40,380 bases of DNA from Chiloscyllium plagiosum (GCF_004010195.1 NC_057754.1:10305182-10345561), one strand, 5' to 3'. Shown: positions 1 through 10,837, counted from the first letter of the stretch. Numbers and translations: made by a program. The notes: generated by a model from the letters alone, not told the origin.

Positions 1-113
1 GACACAGGGAGAATGTGCAAACTCCACACAGACAGGCGCCCAAGGCTGGAATCAAACCCGGGTCCCTGGTGCTGTGAGGTAGCAGTGCTAACCACTGAGC
101 CACCAAGCTGCCC
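1..113 (-). mobile_element. HE1-type tRNA-derived SINE, 5' part, cut by the window edge
   Basis: Reverse complement reads GGGCAGCTTGGTGGCTCAGTGGTTAGCACTGCT...GGTTTGATTCC (Pol III A and B boxes) and matches the full copy at 6971. Confidence 0.85.
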
Positions 114-159
114 AGACTTGAATGTGACTTGAAAGTGTGTTCAATGATCCTGCCCTACT

Positions 160-250
160 AGCTACCTGATGAAGGACAGAACTCTGAAAGCTTGTACTTC
201 CAAGTAAACCTGTTGGACTGTAACCTGGTGTTGTGTGGTTTTTAACTGTT
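160..250 (+). mobile_element. Penelope-like terminal-repeat fragment with a degenerate hammerhead core (second family)
   Basis: CTGATGA at 166-172, a weak GGA/TCT stem II, and GAAAGCTT at 186-193. The downstream sequence differs from the 3144 family. Confidence 0.55.
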
Positions 251-520
251 TCTTGTGACCGCCCCATAAATTACCAGAATAATTCAGCTCAGTTTCTCAA
301 CTGGTCTTTGTGATTTTGTGTTTTCTCTGTTTTAATTCAATTTGTTCCTGTTTCTGGTATAATTCAATTTCACACAGTATCCAAATGGGAGAATTCACAG
401 TCAGAAAATTCAAACCAATTATCATATCAGGATCTGACGGAGTCATCCAATTTATTGGAATCTGAATATCATCAGATTTTGAGTATGGAAGAAAAGGCAC
501 CATTCACACTGACAGAAACT

Positions 521-1069
521 TTACAGGACATTGGTTAGGCCACTGTTGGAATATTGCGTGCAATTCTCGTCTCCTTCCTATCGGAAAGATGTTGTGAAAC
601 TTGAAAGGGTTCAGAAAAGGTTTACAAGGATGTTGCTAGGGTTGGAGGATTTGAGCTATAGGGAGATGCTGAACAGGCTGAGGCTGTTTTCCCTGGAGCA
701 TTGGAGGCTGAGGGGTGACCTTATAGAGGTTTACAAAATTATGAGGGGCATGGATAGGGTAAGTAGGCAAAGTCTTTTCTCTGGGGTTGGGGAGTTCAGA
801 ATTAGAGGTGAGAGGGGAAAGATATAAAAGAGACCTACGGGGCAACGTTTTCACAGAGAAGGTGGTACAGGTATGGAATGAGCTGCCAGAGGAAGTGGTG
901 GAGGCTGGTACATTTAAGAGGCATTTGGATGGGTGTATGAATAGGAAGGGTTTAGAGGGATATGGGCCGGGTGCTGGCAGGTAGGACTAGATTGGGTTGG
1001 GATATCTGGTCGGTATGGACGGGTTGGACCGAAGGGTCTGTTTCCATGCTGTACATCTCTATGACTCTC
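521..1069 (+). mobile_element. HER1/CR1 LINE, 5'-truncated 3' end
   Basis: LVRPLLEYCVQF...LERVQKRFTRM...RLRGDLIEVYKIMRG, then the GGACCGAAGGGTCTGTTTCC hairpin and a CTCTATGA tail. Confidence 0.9.
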
Positions 1070-1576
1070 TGTTCTGTGTGTAGACAAGGCTTCAGTTAAT
1101 CATCTGACCTCACAAACCACAAGTGCAGTCACACAGGGAAGAAACTATGGAAATATGAGGATTGTGAGAAAGGATTCAGATCCCTGTCAGAACTGGAAAT
1201 TCACCAACACAGTCATATGGTGGAGAGACCATTCACCTTCTCCAGATGTGGCAAGGGTTTCATTCAGTCATACACCCTGATGTCCCGTCATTGTGTGCGC
1301 ACTGAGGACAGACCATTTAAATGTCAATTTGCAAGAAGTGTTATAAAAGTTCTATCAACATACTCACACTGATGAGAGACCATTTAAATGCCAGATTGTG
1401 GGAACTATTTTAAATGATCTGATATATTGATGAGTGACCTTTAAAATAGCTAGACTGTGGGAAGTGTTATAAAGGTTCCTGGAAACTGATTTTCTATAAT
1501 TGCACTCACACTGATGAGAATCCTTTCAGCTCCCACTGTGAAAGTAAGTTCAGGTTGTTATCCGAGCTCACTGTAC

Positions 1577-1623
1577 CTGGTTAGTGAGGCAGCAGTGCAA
1601 ACCATTGAGCCATTGTGCTGCAC
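1577..1623 (-). mobile_element. HE1 SINE 5' fragment
   Basis: GTGAGGCAGCAGTGCAAACCATTGAGCCA is the reverse complement of the HE1 A-box region. Confidence 0.6.
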
Positions 1624-1734
1624 AATGTACAACAAACCAATGAACTTATCTCCTCTCACTCTGTATTTATGATTTTTGTTTGCAAGGGGCAACATCTGCT
1701 CAACGTCCACCTTCTCAATGTCCTTTAGTATTCT

Positions 1735-3980
1735 ACAGACCTCATTCAGATCCCTCTCATTCTTCTGAACTCCAGAGATTACAAGCCCAAACTATTCAAC
1801 TATTCCTTTATATGACATCCCTTTCATTCCTGGAATCAAACTGGTGAACCTCCACTGAAATACCTCCAAAGCCAATAAGGAGACCAAAATTGGTCACAGC
1901 ACTCCAGGTGTGGTCTTATCAAAGCTGTACTAATTGGAACAATAGTTCTTTACTTTTATAATCCAATCCTTTTGCAATAAATGCCAGGAATCCGTTCATC
2001 TTTCTTATTATATGCTGTACCTGCATACCCACTTTCTGCAATTCATGCACAAAGATGCCCAGATCCCTCTGCACTGATGCACTTTGAATTTGCCCTTTTA
2101 TTTTTCTGGCCAAAATAGACAACCTCACACCTATTCAAATTAAAGTCAATCTGCCAGATTCAGGCCCAATCTCTGAGCCTATCAATATCCAGCTGTAAGC
2201 TCTTTAGCTCCTCATCGCAGCCTGCTTTCCCACCTATTTTAGTGTCATCCACGAATTTTGCTATGTTACATTCTCTCTGCTTGCAGATTATTTACATAAA
2301 TTGTAAATAGTTGAGGTCTGAGAACTGAACCCTGTGGCACCCCAATTAGTTTCAGTTCAGCATTCAGAGAAGGACGCATTTATCCCAATATTCTGTTGTT
2401 AGTCAGTCATTCCTATATCCAAGCCAATACTCTCATCTTAACCCCCAGGGATCTAACCTTCTGGATCAGTCTTTTATGCAACACCTTGTCAAATGCATTC
2501 TGGAAGACTAGGCATGCCACATCCATCAGATCCCCATTATCCACCCTGCTGGTTACATCCTCAGCAAGTTTATCAAGCACGACTTGCTATTAATGAAACT
2601 ATGCTGACACTGGTGAATTGAGATTTGTTTTTCCAAGTGTTCAATTATTTTTTCCCTTACGAATGACTCCAGCAACTTACCTACTATAGAGGTCAAACTG
2701 ACTGGCTTATTGTTTCCCACTATTTGCCTATCCACTTTTTTTGAATAAGGGTGTCACTTTAGCATGTTTCTCATCAACTGGTACCTTTCCAGAATTCAGG
2801 GAAGTTTGGAAAATCATAACTAGTGCATCCACTGTTTCTGCTGCCACCTCCTTTAATATCCTAGGGTGCATAGTGCAGGCTATCAAACCCCTGGGACTTA
2901 TTTGTCTTTAATCCCATTGGTTTCCCATTATTACCTCACCATTTTTATCCTCTAAAGGGCCAACATTTACTTTCACAATTCTCTTCCTTTTTATATATTT
3001 ATGGAAGCTTTTGGTATCGATGCTTATGTTTTCTGCTAGTTTCCTCTTGTGGTTCATCTTAGCTCTTTTAACTTTAATTTTAGTAACCCTTTACTGAGGT
3101 TTAAAGTTCTCCCAATTCTCCAGAGTGCCACTAATGTTTGCAGCTGGAAATGTGTTGCTGGAAAAGCGCAGCAGGTCAGGCAGCATCCAGGGAACAGGAG
3201 AATCGACGTTTCGGGCATAAGCCCTTCTTCAGGAATTCCTGAAGAAGGGCTTATGCCCGAAACATCGATTCTCCTGTTCCCTGGATGCTGCCTGACCTGC
3301 TGCACTTTTCCAGCAACACATTTCCAGCTCTGATCTCCAGCATCTGCAGACCTCACTTTCTCCACTAATGTTTGCAGTATGATATGTGCAAGTTTTTGCC
3401 TTATTTTATCCTTGATTTCCTTGTTAAGTCGTGGATGATTTTTCATCTTTGTAAAATCCCTCCTCCTCTGAGGAATATGTTTTAATTGAGGGGTATTTAA
3501 TATCTCCCTAAGCATTTGCCACTGTTCTTCAAATTCAGTATTTCTGCCTCGTCCCCTCGGGCCAACCCCTTCCTCACACTACGACTCTCATATGTGACAC
3601 TTTTTCAATCTGAATTTGAAACTCTAGTATGTTGTAGTAACTCCTTTAAAGAAAATCCTCATCTACAAGACCATTTATCAATCCTTCTGCGTTACATAAT
3701 GCTAAATCTAAAGTAGCCACTTCTCTGGTTGGTTCCAGAATATGTTTCTTGATTAAATAATCCCTCATACACTTTATGAACCTTCCTTGCCAAATTGATT
3801 AATCTGGACAATATGCATGGTCAAATCAACCATAATCACTGTTGTGCCCTTCTCACAAGCCCTCATTATTTCCAGGTTTATACAATGCTTACTTTGGAAA
3901 TACCTTTTGGGGGCCTGTAATTTACTTCTACCAAGGGGTTTCTTCTGTAACTTTTCACTTCCACCTAGACTGATTCAACA
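1735..3980 (-). mobile_element. Older CR1 LINE ORF2 remnant, interrupted at 3144-3361
   Basis: Minus-strand peptides PVSLTSIVGKLLESF...QHSFINSKSCLINLL and QRDLGIFVHELQKV...AFIAKGLDYKSKE, with many disablements. Confidence 0.8.
3144..3361 (+). mobile_element. Palindromic hammerhead-containing short retroelement (Penelope-like, non-autonomous)
   Basis: 94-bp inverted arms 3142-3235/3236-3329 with 2 mismatches. CTGAAGA-A-GGGC-TTAT-GCCC-GAAAC on both strands. 16-bp direct repeat CCACTAATGTTTGCAG at 3128-3143 and 3362-3377. Confidence 0.85.
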
Positions 3981-4429
3981 TTTTGGTTTATAATGTTTTT
4001 TAAAGGCTTTAAAGTGCTTTAAAAAGTTTAAGGCACCGATGTCCCATCAATGTGTTTGCATTGCCAGGAGACCATTCAAGTGCTGTCACTGTGGGTCTGT
4101 GCTGAGGCAATCATCTCATCCCATTTTACACCAACACAGTCACGCTCTGGGGTGGCCTGCTCACCTGCTCCAAGTGTGGGAAGGTATTCACTTGGACTTT
4201 TCAACTGCTGACTCACCAGTGACCTTGGGATTAGACTTTGCTGTTAATCACTTCCAGGGCTGAACCATGTTTATCAATGCCTTTTTCGGCTGAAGTCAGT
4301 ACATTGCAGTTCATTTTTGATGTTAATGTTCTGAATAAAAGTCGCATAAATCAGACTTTCATTGAACAGCATTGAGGTTTATCCGATACAGGATATTTCT
4401 AATACAAGTTAGTTCCTACTGAAAGACTC

Positions 4430-4550
4430 GCGCTTTGCCCTGAACCGTCCATCCTCACCTCCAACAAGAAGTGTGAGGACTTACGGATCTTCTTTGTCAC
4501 TAACGTTGAGAGACTCTGCTCAGTTGCCTCAACTGCCATACTACTGTAGA
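4430..4550 (+). mobile_element. Old L2-like LINE fragment after the ZNF 3' UTR
   Basis: Aligns by eye with 14490-14590, which continues as a decayed LINE. Confidence 0.45.
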
Positions 4551-5277
4551 TGTTGTAAGTCTGAAACAAACAAGAAAATGCTTCAGAAACTCACAATGGA
4601 ATTAAAACATTGACTGTGTCACCAGAGATACTGCCAGACTAGCTCAGTTTCTCTAGTTATTTTTGTCTTTTTTTACATTTCTGTCTTTCTCTCCTAGTAT
4701 TGTCCTCTCGCAATGTAGCGTCATTGCACATTCTCAAATAATAGCCGCTTGCCTGCATATGAAATTAATTTGCCTCCCATAAGCACTCTGCCTCTCTCCA
4801 GGTTAAGGTTGCTTGTTACAATCCGCCTCTCCAATTGAAGATTTGGCCGTCTAGCTGAATGTCACTTAATCCGACTGTCAAATAATGCTTGTAAAACTCC
4901 TCTGAGTCACCTTTTGATGTACTATTATGTTAAATATGTTTATAAAATGCAAGTTATCATTGTTTAGTGATGCCAACTAAGATTCCACAAGCAGCAACCA
5001 GATGAATGACTGACCAATTCATTTTTGTTTATGGTTGTGTTAGTTAAAGCATGAATGCTGGTCCCACTGTACTGGAAAAACTCCCCTGTGCACATTATGT
5101 GGAGCTGTTGAGGTCTCCTGAGCTGACAGTTAGCTGATTGATCTGTCGGGCCTATAGTTAACCTTGAAGAACTGCTGACTGGGATCTTTATTCACTGACT
5201 CCCATTTGAAGTAGTTTCTGCCATAAAGAATTTCACTTGTATATCAATCCTAATGTAATCTTTGAAGCAAAATCTAT

Positions 5278-5385
5278 GTAAACTCTGTCTCTCTTTCTCC
5301 ACAGATGCAGCCAGAAGTACTGAGTTTCTCTCTCACTTTCATGTCTACTTTCAGCTTTCCAGCATTTGCAGTAGTTTGCTTTTTG
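5278..5385 (+). mobile_element. Old Penelope-like terminal-repeat remnant
   Basis: AACTCTGTCTCTCTTTCTCCACAGATGCAGCCAGA...TTCCAGCATTTGCAGT resembles the body and tail of the hammerhead elements. Confidence 0.5.
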
Positions 5386-5439
5386 AGGTCTTGTGTACAT
5401 TTCCCATTTTTCACAACATCTGAAAGTGAGTCACAGCCA

Positions 5440-6200
5440 ATGATGGACTCTGGAAGGATGAATGAGGATAGGCAATAAACTAAATGGTTCAATTTTAAGC
5501 AGAGTGACCTGGGAGTGAACACATACAAATCTTTGAATGCAACAGGGTCATGTTGATCAAATGGTTTTAAACAAATTTTATGGATTCTTGATGTAATTAA
5601 TAGAGACACAGAGCAAGCAAAGACAATTACATTATGCTTAACCTTTATAAATCCATTGACAAGCCTCAGTTAAAATTTGTGTTCAGTTCTGAAGATCATA
5701 TTTGAAAATAAAATGTCTCAACTCTGGGAAGGCTGCAGAGAAAATTGGCTTGAATGGTGTCAGGTCCAAGGGGTTTCAGTTTGGCAGAGAGATTGGAGAA
5801 GCTGGAATGGTTGTCCTTAGAGGTGAGCAGATGAAAGAGATGTTTAATTGATGTGAAATTTTTTAGAGAGTTTTTTTCTAAATAGAGAAAAATGATTGGG
5901 ATTAATATGATGTTGGTAACACATACATAGTTTTAACAACATTGCCAACACTCCCAACTGAAAATGCTTTTACTTTGCAAATTCTCATATACTGTATCAA
6001 GGCCAAAGAAGGAGATTTAGTCTCAGATCTCCCTCATTCTTCCAGAGAATTTGCGCAAACATATAAGACCTTGGAAGACGTGCTGGGTGACTTCTTAAGG
6101 ATGGGAACTGGGAGGCAAGGAGGAAAGTGGAGTTAAGGCCATCTTGTCATCAGCCATGATCTTACTGAATAATGGAAAATGCTCACCTTACTGACTCATG
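5440..6200 (+). mobile_element. Highly decayed CR1 3' fragments
   Basis: Residual similarity to the CR1 RT C-terminus (GACCTGGGAGTG, GAGAGATTGGAGAAGCTGGAATGG) and to a CR1-type 3' UTR. Confidence 0.5.
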
Positions 6201-6269
6201 CCCCTACTTATTAACAAATGGTCAGCCAATTTATCATCATCCCAATGACCATAGATCATGTTCACCCAG

Positions 6270-6907
6270 TGTGATGATGCTACTCCTTTAAGAAGGTTAT
6301 GCTATCATTGGTTTTTTTTTCAGACAGATCGTAAAAGCACTGATTCTGAAAAGTCTAGGTTTGAAGGGTTTTAGGGCCAGTTTGATTATAGCTAACAGAT
6401 ACTGCCTCAGGCAAAAGACTTTCAAGTTAAAAAAAGACTTGTACAATGAAAGGGCAGTGGCCAGTTGGTTTGGTTTTTAGCAGTCTAATTGTTCACTGAA
6501 AGCAGCAAGTCAGATTTTGAGGCTGCTGGTCCAAGATAGAAGTACATGAAAGATATTCCATGCTGTATTTCTCATTCTTGCTCCTGTATGACCATGTGTT
6601 TGATTTTACCTTTTTTTGCCAAGGGATGTTTATGGTGACTGTTGCAGAAATTTGGAACAGCATCATTAAGTTGGGACAGTCTGTTGGGTTTTCGGATAGG
6701 TTACATTATTCTGTATTCTGTTCTCTTTTATTTGTGTTTCATTCAGCAATCTTGCAAACAAATTCTGTTTTGTTTAAAACTAAGTGGTTGGGCCAGCTGC
6801 ATCACTCCTGGAATATCCACTCCACACCTGCTTAAAACAACAAGCAAAGTTAGGATCCGACGTACTTCTTTGAAATGGTTTGTGGGGGTCTGGCCTGGTA
6901 TATAATA
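6270..6907 (+). mobile_element. Solo LTR, closest to the LTR at 25047-25714
   Basis: Starts TGTGATGATGCTACTCCTTTAA and ends GGGGGTCTGGCCTGGTATATAATA. Flanks CCAG/CCAA form an imperfect 4-bp TSD. Shares GCTAACAGATACTGCCTCAGGCAAAAGA with the 25047 LTR. Confidence 0.8.
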
Positions 6908-6970
6908 CCAAGTGCAACAAAATAGCTGTCTTAACAAAGAGAAGGTCTGGAATTTTATCTGTCCTATCGT

Positions 6971-7295
6971 GGGCGGCACGGTGGCTCAGCGGTTAGCACT
7001 GCTACCTTACAGCGCCAGAGACCCAGGTTCAATTCCTGCCTCAGGCAACTGTCTGTGTGGAGTTTGCATGTTCTCCCCGTGTCTGTGTGGGTTTCCTCCG
7101 AGTGCTCCGGTTTCCTCCCACAGTCCAAAGATGTGCAGGTCAGGTGAATTGGCCATGCTAAATTGCCCGTATTGTTAGGTGCATTAGTTAGGGCTGAATG
7201 TAGGGGAATCGGTGTGGGTGGGTTGCTCTTCAGGGGGTTGGTGTGGACTTGTTGGGCTGAAGGGCCTGTTTCCACACCATAAGTAATCTAATCTA
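6971..7295 (+). mobile_element. HE1 SINE, full length
   Basis: A box TGGCTCAGCGG, B box GGTTCAATTCC, a HER1-like 3' end (GAAGGGCCTGTTTCC) and a TAATC tail. Confidence 0.9.
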
Positions 7296-7469
7296 GTCTC
7301 TAACTATCCTCCCTTGTCCATATTTGACAAAAATTAGAAGTGTCAATAAAAGATGGAGGAGCAGCTCTTTCCTATTGAATGGGAACCATGGACTACTCTA
7401 GGTTGCAAACATCACTTGCACTTGGGAATGTGTGAAGCTGGTGATAAACCTGTTGCCAGGATACGAAAG

Positions 7470-7638
7470 TAAAATCAAAATATTTTTGAATGCTCGAGAT
7501 CTGCTCCACCAGACTCGAAACGTTCACTTTGTTTCTGTCACCACGGATATTGCCAGACCTGAGGAAATGACCTGAAACGTTAACTGTGATTTCTCTGCCC
7601 AGACCCTGCTGAGCTTTTCCAGCAATTTCGGTTTTGTT
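7470..7638 (+). mobile_element. Old Penelope-like remnants with decayed hammerhead cores
   Basis: GACTCGAAACGTT at ~7512-7524, CTGAGGA at 7559-7565 with GAAACGTTAAC at 7574-7584, and a CTGCTGAGCTTTTCCAGCA body. Confidence 0.5.
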
Positions 7639-7980
7639 CCCGCCCACTTGATGTTGCGTCACCGTGCTGGTGACGCATGCGCGCTGCTCCCGCGGAACCA
7701 AGATGGCGGCGGTCAACCTGAACCTCTTCACGGGGAAAGGCAACGGAATCGGAAATATGGGTGTTGCAGGTTATTAATGGAGGATTGAGATGTTTAATAA
7801 CTGTTTTATACACCGTTTCCGTGCCCACCCTCCTCCCCGGCTCCAGCGCTCCTTCCGCGGACCCGCATCTTCACCGCCTGCTGATGAGAAAATACAGTGT
7901 CTTTGCCTGTAGTCAGCCCTGCCACTGCGCATGCTCGAGACACAATGGAACTATGCGCATTGCTCTCTCGTGTCGTGACT
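7639..7980 (+). promoter_or_regulatory. CpG-rich promoter and first-exon candidate, probably of the 12654 ZNF gene
   Basis: Local CpG enrichment, GC box CCCGCCC, inverted TGACG half-sites at 7655-7677, NRF1-like GCATGCGC, YY1 motif CAAGATGGCGGC at 7699-7710, and tandem ETS-like CGGAA. Confidence 0.65.
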
Positions 7981-8491
7981 GAGGGGGCAATAACCATCAC
8001 TGTTAGAGAAACCGCCTTTGGTCAGAGGTGGTCATTAATGGAATTGGGAACCAAATTACATTGGACTGATGAAACAAAGAATGCATGAGAAACTCAGCAG
8101 CTCTGGCAGCAGACAAAGAAACAGGTCAACTATGACTCCTGAAACCTTAGAGGTGTTTGACACTGGAGTAATGGTTGTGTAAAATGTATAGGGCAAGAGT
8201 TCCTGAAGTGTGTTCAGCCTTTAGTCTTTCCCCGTGCAGTTTAGAATTATGAAAATTGATTGGGGAATAAAAGGCTGAAATGGGATTATTGTGTGATTGG
8301 CACAAGAACCAAAATTGTCGTGAGGAACAGCGTCAATGCAGTTAGTGGTGAAGATATTAAATGAACAATGAGGGAAGATTGTGGAAGCAGATTTCAATTT
8401 GGCTTTCCAAACGGAATTGGATAAGCAAATGAAACTAGTCTGTGGATGGGACAGGGAATTAGATGTGCTGCCTTGCCCTGATCAAGATGTG

Positions 8492-8606
8492 AGGTAAAAA
8501 CAATGACTGCAGATGCTGGAAACCAGATTCTGGATCAGTGGTGCTGGAAGAGCACAGCAATTCAGGCAGCATCCGAGGACTGTCCTCGGATGCTGCCTGA
8601 ATTGCT
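8492..8606 (-). mobile_element. Truncated fold-back copy of a related Penelope-like element, no ribozyme core
   Basis: Perfect 25-bp hairpin 8556-8580/8582-8606. 14-bp TSD CTGATCAAGATGTG at 8478-8491 and 8607-8620. Confidence 0.8.
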
Positions 8607-8760
8607 CTGATCAAGATGTGGCAGAGGCATAATGGTCCAACTGTCAGAGCAGGACGCAATTGGAAGCCCAAGTAATTGAAAGAAGGCCTTTTGAGAGAGC
8701 CGTTACACAATAATGAAAAGATGTGACTTTGAGCAAGCCTGATAGTACTTATTTATAGTT

Positions 8761-8962
8761 GAAATGTCTGGTGCTGGAAAAGCACAGTAGGTCAGGCAGC
8801 ATCTGATGAGCAGGAGAATTGATGTTTTGGGCGTAAGCCCCTCATCATAAATGTCTGAAACATCGATTCTCCAGCTGCGCGGATCTGCCTGACCGGCTGT
8901 GCTTTTCCAGTACCACATTTTTCGACTCTGATCTCCAGCATCTACAGTCCTCACGTTTTCCT
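8761..8962 (+). mobile_element. Older palindromic hammerhead element, decayed
   Basis: Imperfect inverted arms. The minus strand reads TGATGAGGGGCTTACGCCCAAAACATC. Tail CTGATCTCCAGCATCTACAGTCCTCAC. Confidence 0.75.
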
Positions 8963-9052
8963 AATACTTACTTTAACTCGATTAAACTTTCTAAGGTATT
9001 TCACAGAAATTTTCAAGGCCAAAGTTTGACACTGAGTCATGTGAAGAAATAT

Positions 9053-9759
9053 TTGACGATGCTGCCCTTTAACAGGGTTGTTTTATTCTTGGTTTTTTCG
9101 GAAGGGGTCCTAAAGGCAGGGTGCCAATATGTCTGGAAATAGCTATTTTAAACAACGGTAGTGGGAGTGGCCAGTTCTCCCAGTTCAGATAACTTATCTA
9201 GTTTGTTTTTTTTAGCAGGCAGTTAGAAACTGCTGGTAACAGAGAAGCTGTTACTGTGAAAAAATGGTTCCATGCTTCAACAGATGTTTCTTGCCTGACT
9301 GCTCTCTCTGCAATCTGTCCTGTCTGTAAGAACCTGAGTTTGAATTTCTAATTTGCCAAGAGATTTTGAAATATTGCAGGTATTGGAACAGCTCCTTCGT
9401 TAAGTTGTGATTTGAAGTTGGTTGCATTTTCACATATTTAAGTTATTTTAAATTCTTTTATTTTGTTTGTGTTTCATCTGTTAGAACATAGAACAATACA
9501 GCACAGAACAGGCCCTTCGGCCCTCTGTTGCGCCAACCTATGAACTAATATAACAGGGCAAAAGTGAGGACTGCAGATGCTGTAAACCAGTGTTTAGATC
9601 AGATGTGTGTAAATAAACTCTGTTTTGCTTAAAGCTGAGTGTTTTGACCAGCTGCAACACTCCTGGAATATCCACTATACATCTGCCTTTAAAATAAGAA
9701 GAAGTTAATGTCTGGGTTACCTTAAAGTGTTTTGAGGGGGTCTGTCCTGGCCCATCACA
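9053..9759 (+). mobile_element. Solo LTR of a related subfamily, with small nested fragments at 9483-9605
   Basis: TTGACGATGCTGCCCTTTAA...GGGGGTCTGTCCTGGCCCATCACA, with ATAT on both sides (9049-9052, 9760-9763). The rejoined flanks resemble the L2-like sequence at 30200-30290. Confidence 0.75.
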
Positions 9760-9830
9760 ATATTAAATCAGATGACCAGACATTTGGTCAAAGAGGTAGG
9801 TTTTCAGGAGAATTTTAAAGGAAGATAGTT

Positions 9831-10050
9831 AGAACCATTGAAAGTAGGAGGAGGTGTAGGCCATTCAACCTTTAAGCCTACTCCATCATTCATTGTGATC
9901 GTAGATGATCATCCAACTGAGCACGTTGTTCCTATGTTCTTCCCATAGTTTTTCGGGATGAAGAAATCAAAAGATAAGTTAAATCTTGCTTATCGCTGTC
10001 TTAACAGCCTAACCTAAATTTCTATATTGTGGCCTCTACTTCTAGACTCC
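9831..10050 (-). mobile_element. Old CR1 3'-end fragment
   Basis: AGTAGGAGGAGGTGTAGGCCATTCAACCTTTAAGCCTACTCC is a reverse CR1-type tail. Confidence 0.5.
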
Positions 10051-10837
10051 TGGTCCTCGGCGACTCCATTAGGGAACTAGTTTATTGTCCCTGTGAACTT
10101 CTGGAAGATAGAAACCAAATCAACCGTCCTAAAACCCTATAGTGTTGGTCCGTATTTTTGGGGGTTTCTTAATTTTTACACCATGTCTTTACTCAAACCA
10201 ATTTCTTTGAATTTCTAGTCTTGTCAGACCATTAATGCCTCCTTATTTCCAGGCATGTTTTTATTTTCTATCAAGGAAAACCTTTGAGAAACCCAGAGAA
10301 AGTTACCATCTTAATTGAGACTGAGCGTGTGTATGACTATCCTCACATAGGAAGCAGAAATTTCATGTTATCCATTTATCTCCTAGATATAGGTTATAAA
10401 AACTCTTCTTGCGAGGGAATAGATGAGGATAAATTGCACACTGCAAACTCAAACCAAGATAATTGTTTGTCTCCTCTCAAATTCTGTCTTTTCTTAACAT
10501 GACTTTTTTCATATCCTTTTACAGGGTGTTAAAAAATTTGAAGACTGAGAGATTATTCTGTGACTCTAGAGTTTCCAATATCTTTCAAGATGCAGGATCC
10601 AGCCAGAGATTTTAAAATTGAAGACAGTGAAATTGTATCAGAGGTTAGAATTGTTGAACTTTCTTTTACAATGTAAGGCATCAGTACTGAGCTTTTGTTC
10701 TATGGCTCTGAGGCTGCTGTGGTTACTTTACTATCGATCCAAATCCATGGCATCCATTGCTTTGTCACATCTCTGTCTTTCCTAGTCACCTCTCTCCCAT
10801 TGTCTAACTTCCACTGCCTCTAATAATGTGTACTTTA

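Larger units (their letters stand above)
378..4340 (+). pseudogene. C2H2 zinc-finger pseudogene split by LINE, SINE and hammerhead-element insertions
   Basis: Polypyrimidine tract and AG at 376-377. Decayed finger codons with stops and frameshifts at ~490-520, 1070-1576 and 4000-4225. The 3' UTR (4230-4340, AATAAA) is homologous to that of the 12654 gene. Confidence 0.8.

Noticed and set aside
3142..3329. MITE or pre-miRNA interpretation
   Set aside because: Variable 11-17 bp TSDs, a one-sided tail, variable turnaround points and monomeric copies argue against a TIR transposon. Small-RNA production cannot be judged from sequence.
3049..3515. ORFs on both strands with near-identical peptides (WKCVAGK.QQVRQHPG), also at 39603-39914
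   Set aside because: A consequence of the palindrome; there is no evidence of coding.
6971..7045. tRNA gene
   Set aside because: It is the tRNA-derived head of a multicopy SINE.
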